Source of the DNA: a virus
Strand: one strand, 5' to 3'
Virus record (IMG/VR): IMGVR_UViG_3300025584_000449
Span: 115,903 to 179,902 of that record
Length of the DNA: 64,000 nt
Shown: in pieces, positions 18,610 to 26,954 of the stretch
Position numbering within the stretch: position 1 is the first letter of the stretch
Layout: each line of letters starts with the position of its first letter
Notes under the pieces: generated by a model
Databases searched by the model: none
What the model was told of the DNA's origin: nothing
What the model saw: the letters and a program-made list of their open reading frames with translations, nothing else
Made by a program: the position numbers and the translations under genes

Positions 18610-19884
18610 TTATTTCCTTTTTAAGAACGCTAGACTAAATCCACAATCGCTAACGCTATCTTTTAGATGGTGTACCTTTGTAAATTCTGATTTTTCCTTA
18701 TCCCATGCTTGCTTCACTCCAACTCCTGCCCTAATCCTGGCGTAATAATCATGTCCCCATATATATAAATCTTTTGTAGATTTATTTTTAAATACTTGTA
18801 ATTCTTTTCTTACATAATCTTCTGAGTGATCTCCATCTTGACTTATAAAATCAAAATCTAATTCTTGTAGTGAGTCTAAATAATTTAAAGATTCTTCCAC
18901 ATGATGTGTAAAATTATTAGAATGTAGCTTATCTCTATTAAGCCTATCTATGACATCAACTAGATGTAGTTCTCCAAATCCATTTTTTTCAATAGCGGCT
19001 AGCATATGGTTTGTGCTAACTCCAACAAAGTTTCCTATTTCTAATAATTTTTTTGGTTTTGCTAGCCTAATTGCACAATACAGAGCTTTTAACTCACTTT
19101 CCCAGGCTGATCCTGCTGGTTCTTCTGGATACCCTCCATAAGTGTCTTCTCTATATAGTTCTAAAAGATATTCTTTAGATACTTCAAATAAAGAATTAAA
19201 TGCACTATAATAGCTTTGTATAAAATCTATTTCAGGGTTTATTTTATTAAATGGCATATTATATTTTTCCTTATTGGGGGGTCCTCCCCATTTTTTTATA
19301 TAGTAATTTCTATTTTTAGAAAAATTTCTATTTAATTTTGGATCTTTTCTTATTGATGAAGATTTCTGGCTTTTTTTAGGAGTAAGTTTTATTGCAACTC
19401 TTCCTTTATTAATTAAACCGCAGCGCCTGCCATAATCGTTGTCTTCAAAATATGCTGGATAAAATTTTTCATCAAACAGCCCAACAACATTAAAACACTC
19501 CCTAGAAATAAAAAAATTTGAAAACGCACTTCCTAATACTAAATAATTATCACTATGGGGGCCAAATATAGAATTAATCTGCTCTAAAGAGTGTCCAGGT
19601 ATTATGTCATCATTTGTTAGTTGAACATGGGTTATTTCTGGGTTTTTAAATCCCTCATTTAATATATAGTTCCAACTAGCGGCAACTCCAAGATTTTTTC
19701 CTGGGTTGTATATCTCTGTTTTTTCTTTTAAGTTGTCTGGTATTTTTATAGATTGGTTTCCATTATCAACTATAACCAATTTATATAAATCTGGCATCAC
19801 TTTAGATAAATCAGCTAAAGCCTCATTTAGTAAATCTGCCCTATTGATGGTAGGTATTCCCATAAAAATCTTAATTGTGTCCAA
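18610..19884 (-). CDS. GT2 glycosyltransferase fused to a class I SAM methyltransferase
   Basis: N-terminal VDNGN, TNDD, GLFDEKFYPAYFEDNDY. C-terminal LEIGNFVGVST, QDGDHS, WGHD. Confidence 0.85.
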   Translation of the reverse strand: MDTIKIFMGIPTINRADLLNEALADLSKVMPDLYKLVIVDNGNQSIKIPDNLKEKTEIYNPGKNLGVAASWNYILNEGFKNPEITHVQLTNDDIIPGHSLEQINSIFGPHSDNYLVLGSAFSNFFISRECFNVVGLFDEKFYPAYFEDNDYGRRCGLINKGRVAIKLTPKKSQKSSSIRKDPKLNRNFSKNRNYYIKKWGGPPNKEKYNMPFNKINPEIDFIQSYYSAFNSLFEVSKEYLLELYREDTYGGYPEEPAGSAWESELKALYCAIRLAKPKKLLEIGNFVGVSTNHMLAAIEKNGFGELHLVDVIDRLNRDKLHSNNFTHHVEESLNYLDSLQELDFDFISQDGDHSEDYVRKELQVFKNKSTKDLYIWGHDYYARIRAGVGVKQAWDKEKSEFTKVHHLKDSVSDCGFSLAFLKRK

Positions 19885-20578
19885 TGTTTAATTCCTTTAA
19901 ACTATCAGCTTCTATTCCTATAAAATCTTTTGCTGTATCGTAGTAGTCAGTTCTAGCGTATACTCCAGTCCTACCTATATGATTCACTATAGATGGGTTA
20001 GTAGTGCAGACTAAAAGTTTTTCTGAATGGGCTAGTTCACACATTCTATAATCCCATTCATGGGTCTCTCTTTCTATAATTGGAAACGGTCTTCTTAAAT
20101 AAAGTTTAGTATCCATTAAAAAGTTTGCCCCACCAATAGAAAGTTTTAATCTAAGTCCTGTAACTTCTTTTTTTGTTGCGTGATTATTTGTTTCTGTATT
20201 AAATCCAGATAATAGCCCCATATTTGGTAATTTATAATATATGTGATTTAGCGCCTGTACCCAGTTCTTGGCATACACCATATCTGAGTCTGACACAAGA
20301 AAGAATTCTGCGCATGTTTTCTGTTTATTAAACCAATTTCTAATCTGGCCTAACTTACATACTCTCATGCCGACATGTTCTGCTAAAGTAAATTCAGTAC
20401 CACATGTCCACTCTCTTGCTTCATATTCTTTTATAATTGAAGTTGTTTCTTCGTCTGAGCCATCATCTGTCCAAAAAAGTTTAACCCACTCTGGTAAATT
20501 TGAATTAAATAAACTTTCCAAAGAGGGCTTGACAAATTCTGGTCTATTAAAACTTGTTATAAATAAAGGTACATACAT
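19871..20578 (-). CDS. GT2 glycosyltransferase
   Basis: ITSFNRP, DDGSD, SDSDMVY, SIVNHIG. Confidence 0.85.
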   Translation of the reverse strand: MYVPLFITSFNRPEFVKPSLESLFNSNLPEWVKLFWTDDGSDEETTSIIKEYEAREWTCGTEFTLAEHVGMRVCKLGQIRNWFNKQKTCAEFFLVSDSDMVYAKNWVQALNHIYYKLPNMGLLSGFNTETNNHATKKEVTGLRLKLSIGGANFLMDTKLYLRRPFPIIERETHEWDYRMCELAHSEKLLVCTTNPSIVNHIGRTGVYARTDYYDTAKDFIGIEADSLKELNIGHN

Positions 20579-20604
20579 TTTAAGGTAAAGTCCGGTGTAA
20601 AGGT

Positions 20605-20638
20605 AAAAGGGAGTAGCCTATGTGTATAGACTACTCCC
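20605..20638 (-). terminator. Rho-independent terminator after the SSB-like gene, upstream of the glycosyltransferase cluster
   Basis: Minus strand GGGAGTAGTCTAT-ACAC-ATAGGCTACTCCC-TTTT. Confidence 0.85.
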
Positions 20639-20649
20639 CTTATAAATAC

Positions 20650-21123
20650 TTATGAAAAAAGTCCATTCCCTGAGTCAGTCGCGCCAGCATCATTCGTGGC
20701 ACTAGGATCGAGAGCTTGAATTTTCTTTAAGTCATTGCCGGGCTTACCATTAAAAGAAGATGGCTCTAAATAACCATTTACTTTTAGGTTTGCCATTCCT
20801 GCGACAATGTCCTCAATCTCTAGCTCTTCGTCTGTGTCTACTAAAGGCGATTTAGCAGCTCTTAAGAGATTCGCTAACATGCCCTGACCAACTCCATTTT
20901 CAACACCGTCTTTATTAATTATGCCGTAGTTGTTCCATACTTTTCTATTTTTGTATTGGCCATCAAAAACTACAAACGTAACTTTTACTTGAAATGCTCC
21001 AGTTCTTGCTTCCATGTATTCAGCATTTTCAATTTGCAGAGGATACCACGCTTCCGGGAGAGACTCATAGTCTCCATCATTGGATACGTTGGCTTCTGCA
21101 ATCTTCTTCATATTTACTTTCAC
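20650..21123 (-). CDS. DUF669-family ssDNA-binding-like protein
   Basis: DYESLPEAWY, VTFVVFDGQYKNRKVW and an acidic tail ending LFS. Next to a Sak4-like gene. Confidence 0.75.
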   Translation of the reverse strand: MKVNMKKIAEANVSNDGDYESLPEAWYPLQIENAEYMEARTGAFQVKVTFVVFDGQYKNRKVWNNYGIINKDGVENGVGQGMLANLLRAAKSPLVDTDEELEIEDIVAGMANLKVNGYLEPSSFNGKPGNDLKKIQALDPSATNDAGATDSGNGLFS

Positions 21124-21138
21124 TTTTTTATTTCTCCG

Positions 21139-22062
21139 CTATTTCGATAATTCGTCTATAAGTAATTTAGCTTCGTCTGGTTTTAAATCAAGTAGGCTTT
21201 CAATCATGTAGCCTTCACGAAGCTTTTCTGCAACAGTGTCAGAGCTTAACCCTTTATTTTCTATTAATGCACTTAAAGTGACTAGTTGCTCTGCAGTTAT
21301 TCCTGCTGTCTTTATTTTATTGCCTTTAAATTCAATTTCAATTTGTCGTCCTGCAAAATCATCTAGGCTGGTCTGTTGGTTAAATACTACAGGATCTCTT
21401 TCAAGATCTGCATTACCTAGATACTTGACAAACTGTTCATAACTAAACTCAAAAGAATTTGGTAGTGTATTAGTTCTATCTTTAATTGTGGATGCTAACC
21501 TTTTTCCATCCGGTGTTTCTTTTAATTCAAGAACTACGTCGAACATATACGGCAAGTCTTTTGGACCATCTGGCTTTAGACCAACAGGTTTCATAAACTC
21601 ACCAGGTTCTTGGCTATACTCTACACGAGCTCTTGCTGTACAAATAATATTCAAGTCTAATGCTAGTAACTTCTGAATTAGTCCTTTTACATTAGATTTA
21701 AGTAATTTAAAATCAACTGGCTGTAAAGTATAATTCTTGTTATTATTTTTAACCCTCATTCGTCTTAGCTGTGCATCTTGCATCGCCTCGTATACGGCAG
21801 TGAATGGGTCTAAAATTAATGTCTTTACATCACCAGGATCTTTTAAAAGTTCATCAAGAGCTGCATTAATCTCGTCGGGATCATTAGTTTGAATTCTTTC
21901 AAAGTCAAACAACTCGCCATAGAAGTCTGTTCCCTTTTCAGCATCTATCATGGCTGGGCTGGGAAAATGTAAAGATGTTACTGTTTTACCAGAACCACTT
22001 TCCCCGTATATATACATCTTCAATCGTCTAGCTTTTTTGCTAGCTTTTTTAAATAAACTCAT
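21139..22062 (-). CDS. AAA_24/Sak4-like ATPase (ssDNA annealing recombinase)
   Basis: YGESGSGKT Walker A, IDAEKG, LILDP Walker B, YMFDVV, KDRT. Confidence 0.85.
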   Translation of the reverse strand: MSLFKKASKKARRLKMYIYGESGSGKTVTSLHFPSPAMIDAEKGTDFYGELFDFERIQTNDPDEINAALDELLKDPGDVKTLILDPFTAVYEAMQDAQLRRMRVKNNNKNYTLQPVDFKLLKSNVKGLIQKLLALDLNIICTARARVEYSQEPGEFMKPVGLKPDGPKDLPYMFDVVLELKETPDGKRLASTIKDRTNTLPNSFEFSYEQFVKYLGNADLERDPVVFNQQTSLDDFAGRQIEIEFKGNKIKTAGITAEQLVTLSALIENKGLSSDTVAEKLREGYMIESLLDLKPDEAKLLIDELSK

Positions 22063-22716
22063 TTAGTATCTTTTTGGTATATAGGTATAATTTTGTAAAA
22101 TTTGGTATACATCGTAAGTTGCTTGTACATCTTTTAAGCAGTATTCAGCTATCTCATCTATACGACCAGCGGCGAAAGCTTCTGCCACATTAGCTGCTTT
22201 AATCTCGCCGTCTTTAGGTGACTTAACCCCTAAAAATTCACAAGCTAACTCAAGAGACGCTGTTTGGTATCTATCCCAATCTGCCAAAATCTGTTGCACG
22301 TCGAAGTGAGGATACCTTTGGAACCTCTTTGTATCTGCAAACTGTTTATGTGTTGGTTCAATACCGTGGAACATAGATCGCTTCAATATAAAAGGAACAT
22401 CAAAGCCTAGTCCATTGTAATGGACGAACACGCCTTTATGTTTCTTAATGATTTCCCACCATCTAGTTAGAATTTCCTTCTCTGTTCCAACTAAAGAAAT
22501 GGAACCGCTCTCATCGCCGTATACTTTCATTGCTCCTATACAAACGATTTCTCCAAAATAAGGAGAGGTAGCCATTATTCTATTTCTTATACCAATTAAA
22601 TCTTCATTGTCTTTGATTGTAAACTTGTCAAGTTTACGTTGTAAAGTTTCTTCTTGTAAATCGCTCAGCGGTGTTTGCTGAGGGATTGTCTCTATGTCAA
22701 AAATTAATATATTCAT
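22063..22716 (-). CDS. Stand-alone DnaQ-like 3'-5' exonuclease (PolB-exo related)
   Basis: FDIETIP, YNGLGFDVPF, YCLKDV (DEDDy). Confidence 0.88.
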   Translation of the reverse strand: MNILIFDIETIPQQTPLSDLQEETLQRKLDKFTIKDNEDLIGIRNRIMATSPYFGEIVCIGAMKVYGDESGSISLVGTEKEILTRWWEIIKKHKGVFVHYNGLGFDVPFILKRSMFHGIEPTHKQFADTKRFQRYPHFDVQQILADWDRYQTASLELACEFLGVKSPKDGEIKAANVAEAFAAGRIDEIAEYCLKDVQATYDVYQILQNYTYIPKRY

Positions 22717-22721
22717 ACTTT

Positions 22722-22749
22722 AATATAGTAAGATATGCTCAACTGTCAA
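22722..22749 (-). promoter_or_regulatory. Sigma70-type promoter, possibly yielding a leaderless mRNA
   Basis: TTGACA-N16-TATATT-N5-ATG(22716). Confidence 0.65.
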
Positions 22750-23068
22750 GTAGATTGTTGTGCATTTCTACTAATTTATCAAGATAATTTAAATGGTGTA
22801 AGTTACCACATGCTATGATCTCTAGCCTCATATCATGGTTTACAGCAAAGGTTACTATCTTGCTAAATAGTATGTGTGGTAGCACATCAAAGCCCGTAAT
22901 TATCTTTATTACTTCCTTTTCATGAGCTAATAATATACATTCTTCAGAGGCAATATAACGAGATGGACTTCTACTAGACCTTTTTACATAGTCTGGGTCT
23001 TTAATTGCCGTCTGTATACCGTCCTCGTCGATACAATACACAGGACTATAACTATATGCAAGTATCAT
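22739..23068 (-). CDS. Hypothetical protein
   Basis: 109-aa ORF with ATGA overlap to the upstream gene. Confidence 0.5.
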   Translation of the reverse strand: MILAYSYSPVYCIDEDGIQTAIKDPDYVKRSSRSPSRYIASEECILLAHEKEVIKIITGFDVLPHILFSKIVTFAVNHDMRLEIIACGNLHHLNYLDKLVEMHNNLLDS

Positions 23069-23823
23069 ATATCTAACTCTTCGTCTATTGGTGCTATGTA
23101 GAATTTATTAATATATTTAGGAAACTCTTCATCAATAGAAGCTTGTACTAGTTCTGGTGAATTTGTTCTTGCACTTAAGTGGCCAAAGATTACATTATTT
23201 ACTTTTTCTAAATCAACAGATTCTTTAATAAACTCTATAGCTTGTGCAGTACTTAAATGCCCAAAGTTTCCTTTTATTCTATCTTTTAATTCGATTGAGT
23301 AGTCAGCGTATTTTTTTAATTGCTCATCGTCGTAGTCCGCTTCAATAAAGTAACTATCACATTCTTTTAATTTATTTTTTATTAAAGCAGTTACAGCCCC
23401 AGTATCAGTCATATATCCGAAGCGCTTTGACGAAGATATCTCTGTAACTACAAAACCCATACTATATGCTGCGTCATGCTTTGTACTAAAGCCTTCAACT
23501 GTAAAAGTATCATCGATTGTAGTAATATCTCCAGCTTCTATAAACATTATATCCTCTATGGGTATAGATTCAAAATGTTTAGGTCTGGCTTCATATACAT
23601 GTCGATGTAAATATACTTTACATTTAGCTTTCTTATATAAAACATTAACACCTTTTATATGATCGCTATGCTCATGAGTAATAAAAATGGCGCTTATATC
23701 AAAAACGCCATCTTCATAAACTCTTTTTCTTGGAATACCGCAATCAATTAGTATAGAAGTTTTACCAGAGCTAACTCGTGTGCAATTTCCGCTGCTACTA
23801 CTAGCAATGGTCTTAAGTTTCAT
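23065..23823 (-). CDS. Metallo-beta-lactamase fold hydrolase (YycJ/WalJ-like nuclease)
   Basis: SSSSGNC, IDCG, THEHSDH, TKHDA, TDTG, GHLS (twice). Confidence 0.88.
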   Translation of the reverse strand: MKLKTIASSSSGNCTRVSSGKTSILIDCGIPRKRVYEDGVFDISAIFITHEHSDHIKGVNVLYKKAKCKVYLHRHVYEARPKHFESIPIEDIMFIEAGDITTIDDTFTVEGFSTKHDAAYSMGFVVTEISSSKRFGYMTDTGAVTALIKNKLKECDSYFIEADYDDEQLKKYADYSIELKDRIKGNFGHLSTAQAIEFIKESVDLEKVNNVIFGHLSARTNSPELVQASIDEEFPKYINKFYIAPIDEELDI

Positions 23824-23826
23824 TCA

Positions 23827-26562
23827 CTAAATAACTCCTTGGTTAAAAACAATCACATCTATTTTCCTTTTATTAAATATAAGTGATTGTAGTTTCTGAT
23901 CTTTAATATATCCTTTAGTATACATATCAAGCATCATTGCTTTTAAGCTATGGCCTAAAGACATATTCTGTTGCATAAGAGCGCTATTTATTAGTGCGTA
24001 TGCCCTAGAACCTATAATATAAGTATGTTCTGAATTATTTAAATCATTCCATCCTATAATTCTTCCCTTTTCATATTGAGTTAAAGACACTGGAACTGTC
24101 GTATCATCTAAAAGGATTACTGATTCTGTACCAATTAAAAGACTCAACTGCTCAATGAATTTCTCGGACGACATCTCCTCTGCCGATTCTACTGCTTGTT
24201 CTTTTATTTTAGAAAGTAAATACTCTTTAAACTTTTCTTGGTTCTCAGCAGATACTTTTTTCGACCAAAAGAATTCACTAATAAATTTGTAACTTGTCAT
24301 TAACAAACTAATGTTTCTAGTAATACGAGTATCATTCGGTAAGCCTTTTACCTCTTCATAGAATAATGTTTCATATGATTGGAAGGCTCTATCAAATAAT
24401 AATGGATTAGTTTTTAATACATGATGTATATAACGACCAGTTATTCCAGAGAATAGATGACTTACACTTTCTACTTTTCTACCAAGGTCTCTATCTTTCT
24501 TTCCTGGTAGGCAGTTTACTTGAATGCTTCTTGCTAATGTGGAGGCTTCTCCATCTGGAGTATCCTCACCAGTACATGCCAACCAGCCCTTAATAGTAAA
24601 TGTTTTCTGCATTGCCATGTCAGGACGTGCTCTTGATCTGCTTGTATTATCTGCATAAGTCTGCATTAAAGTTAAAGCTTGATCATAGGCTCGACCTAGA
24701 TTACGACGTTTAAAATCATCTATTACATACAGAGCATCTTTAAACAGGTGTCCTATTCTTGATAGCGCTGCAAAGGTAGAGGTCCAACTAGCTAAGTTAG
24801 TGAAGTTTCCATAAAAGTTCTGGAAGAACTTCATTATATAAGACTTACCATCACCAGAGTTACCTCTAACGAAGTAAGTAAATTTAGTGTCTTCTCCAGA
24901 TAAGAACGGAGCTATAATTGGCAGCATAGTGTGGGCTAGTGCTGAATGTGTATAATTCCAATCACTTAAAGAAAGAAGATTATTTAATCCTTGTTTAGCT
25001 TCATTAAATTCTTCGTTGGTTACTTCTATTATATTTAGATATTTTGCTACATCAGCATCTTCTAAATCAAACTCAATCGAGGTATTTTCATGTATGCCTG
25101 TTTTATCAATGATCACTGACGGACTTATATACTTATCAGGATATCTATCTTCCTCTTCATCCTTCCTGTAGCCCATCTGTAATACTACTCGCTTATCTAC
25201 AGTATTACTGTATTTCGCAATACATTGTCTAATTTTAGGTTCGGCATTTATCTTTGTAAAAATACCGTCAATTCCTAATTTGTCTGTTATATGTGATTTG
25301 AATGCGTTGTTATCATGAAAGTCTGATGGAGGCATTTTAAATTCAGCAGCTGCTACACCGTCTGCATCTGTTTTTATAATACCTTTTAGATATGTATATT
25401 CGTCACCCGTTCCATCATCAACAACTACGCGCTCTTGTAAATCAACAATATAATTACACAATCTTTCAAGTGTAGGTGCAGCCCCATCTTCACCTAGATT
25501 TTGTTCATAGTAACTATTCCCACGTCTAATTAAATTATCAAATGGATCTTCTACATTTAATAAAGCCCCTTCACTAAATCCTAGAGCTTTTTTATAGAAA
25601 TATATTGGACTACGTTTTGTACCAATCTCAGCACAAGGTCCAGGACACATACCAGTTTCTTGTAACTTAGCACAAGTTATTGGTTTATACCCGGCCCCTC
25701 CAACGGCACCCTTCATTCGTTGTATATTTTTTTCAGACGTTTCTTTTTTGTAATTACCTAGCTTAGGCAAAATACTATTAAGTAAATACTTCTCACCATC
25801 TTGAGTATCATATTCTGAACTAGCATTAATTAATATGTATGCTAAGTTTAGTCTTTCTTCATTAGTTAATACTCCAGTAGTAAATGCTTTTGTACGTAAG
25901 TTTCTTAATGCTGAACATTTTTCAAAGATAACATCAATGGTATTATGTGCAGCTATTAAACTTTTTATATCCGCATACTCAATAGTTTTTAGATCAACTG
26001 TATCAATAAATTCACTAGCTTTTCCAGAATGCTGGTGCTTTCCTTCTGGCCCTTTTACGAGAGAGCCCATACTTCCTTCACTGACAGACTTTTGTTTAGG
26101 AAATATTTCCCAGTGTAGTCCGTCATTAACTAGTTCTATGTTTTTCATAATACTATGTAATCCAACATACACTGGTGAAGAAGCTACAGGTTCATCAAAG
26201 AAGATCCAAACATGGTATCCTTTAAACCCAGAAAACTCTAGATAGGACGGGATCTCATGCTCTGTTAAAGCTGTTTGGATAAGTTCTGCTTGTTTTCGTA
26301 AATCAGGTAACCAAAGATCAAGATCAAAATTCTCTTGAATAAATATATCTTTATTGATATCTATATCAACAACAGCCCACTTTAATGTGTTCTGTTCTGG
26401 GATAATTTGATATAACCCTATAGTTCCCATACCTTTAAGGTGTCCTGATATAACACGGTCTGTTAAATCTTCATGGACAGGTACATAAGTTCTATTAGGC
26501 GTTTGAATAGCATACACATCTGGCCTATGAACAAAAAGTTTTCTAAAAACGTCTATATTCAT
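23827..26562 (-). CDS. Primase-helicase: AEP primase, Cys-rich PriL-like region and P-loop helicase
   Basis: VVDID, EFSGFKGYHVW (AEP motifs); PITC...CPGPC; GNSGDGKS Walker A and VIDDF Walker B. Confidence 0.85.
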   Translation of the reverse strand: MNIDVFRKLFVHRPDVYAIQTPNRTYVPVHEDLTDRVISGHLKGMGTIGLYQIIPEQNTLKWAVVDIDINKDIFIQENFDLDLWLPDLRKQAELIQTALTEHEIPSYLEFSGFKGYHVWIFFDEPVASSPVYVGLHSIMKNIELVNDGLHWEIFPKQKSVSEGSMGSLVKGPEGKHQHSGKASEFIDTVDLKTIEYADIKSLIAAHNTIDVIFEKCSALRNLRTKAFTTGVLTNEERLNLAYILINASSEYDTQDGEKYLLNSILPKLGNYKKETSEKNIQRMKGAVGGAGYKPITCAKLQETGMCPGPCAEIGTKRSPIYFYKKALGFSEGALLNVEDPFDNLIRRGNSYYEQNLGEDGAAPTLERLCNYIVDLQERVVVDDGTGDEYTYLKGIIKTDADGVAAAEFKMPPSDFHDNNAFKSHITDKLGIDGIFTKINAEPKIRQCIAKYSNTVDKRVVLQMGYRKDEEEDRYPDKYISPSVIIDKTGIHENTSIEFDLEDADVAKYLNIIEVTNEEFNEAKQGLNNLLSLSDWNYTHSALAHTMLPIIAPFLSGEDTKFTYFVRGNSGDGKSYIMKFFQNFYGNFTNLASWTSTFAALSRIGHLFKDALYVIDDFKRRNLGRAYDQALTLMQTYADNTSRSRARPDMAMQKTFTIKGWLACTGEDTPDGEASTLARSIQVNCLPGKKDRDLGRKVESVSHLFSGITGRYIHHVLKTNPLLFDRAFQSYETLFYEEVKGLPNDTRITRNISLLMTSYKFISEFFWSKKVSAENQEKFKEYLLSKIKEQAVESAEEMSSEKFIEQLSLLIGTESVILLDDTTVPVSLTQYEKGRIIGWNDLNNSEHTYIIGSRAYALINSALMQQNMSLGHSLKAMMLDMYTKGYIKDQKLQSLIFNKRKIDVIVFNQGVI

Positions 26563-26954
26563 TTTATTCTAATAACTTCCCATTCAACTTTTTTATTATT
26601 GACTAACTTTTTTATCTTTTGCTGAGTCTGGCTAAGTCTGGCTTTACCAGTTTTAACTTCAACAAAAGTAATACATTCGTCTCCAAATACAATATAATCA
26701 ATAGGGTTACCTAAAAATTGAGCTTGTCTTGGATTATGTTTGAAGTCTTTAGTAAATGGTAGCATCTTTTCAACCATTTGTCCTGTGCGGACTTCTGAAC
26801 TTTTCCTATGGAAATGTTCTTTTTTATTTTGTTCCTGTAGGTCATCAACCTTCAGATCTAACGTCTTCACCAATTGTTTGTATTTTTTTACTTCTACAAA
26901 CCTGATTACCAATAAGACTGTTAGTAATACGATAAGTACTGTAGTCAAGATCAT
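26559..26954 (-). CDS. PD-(D/E)xK endonuclease, Holliday junction resolvase-like (Endonuc_Holl type), with an N-terminal hydrophobic helix
   Basis: SEVRTGQMVEK, FLGNPIDYIVF, FVEVKTG, LSQTQ. Confidence 0.8.
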   Translation of the reverse strand: MILTTVLIVLLTVLLVIRFVEVKKYKQLVKTLDLKVDDLQEQNKKEHFHRKSSEVRTGQMVEKMLPFTKDFKHNPRQAQFLGNPIDYIVFGDECITFVEVKTGKARLSQTQQKIKKLVNNKKVEWEVIRIK

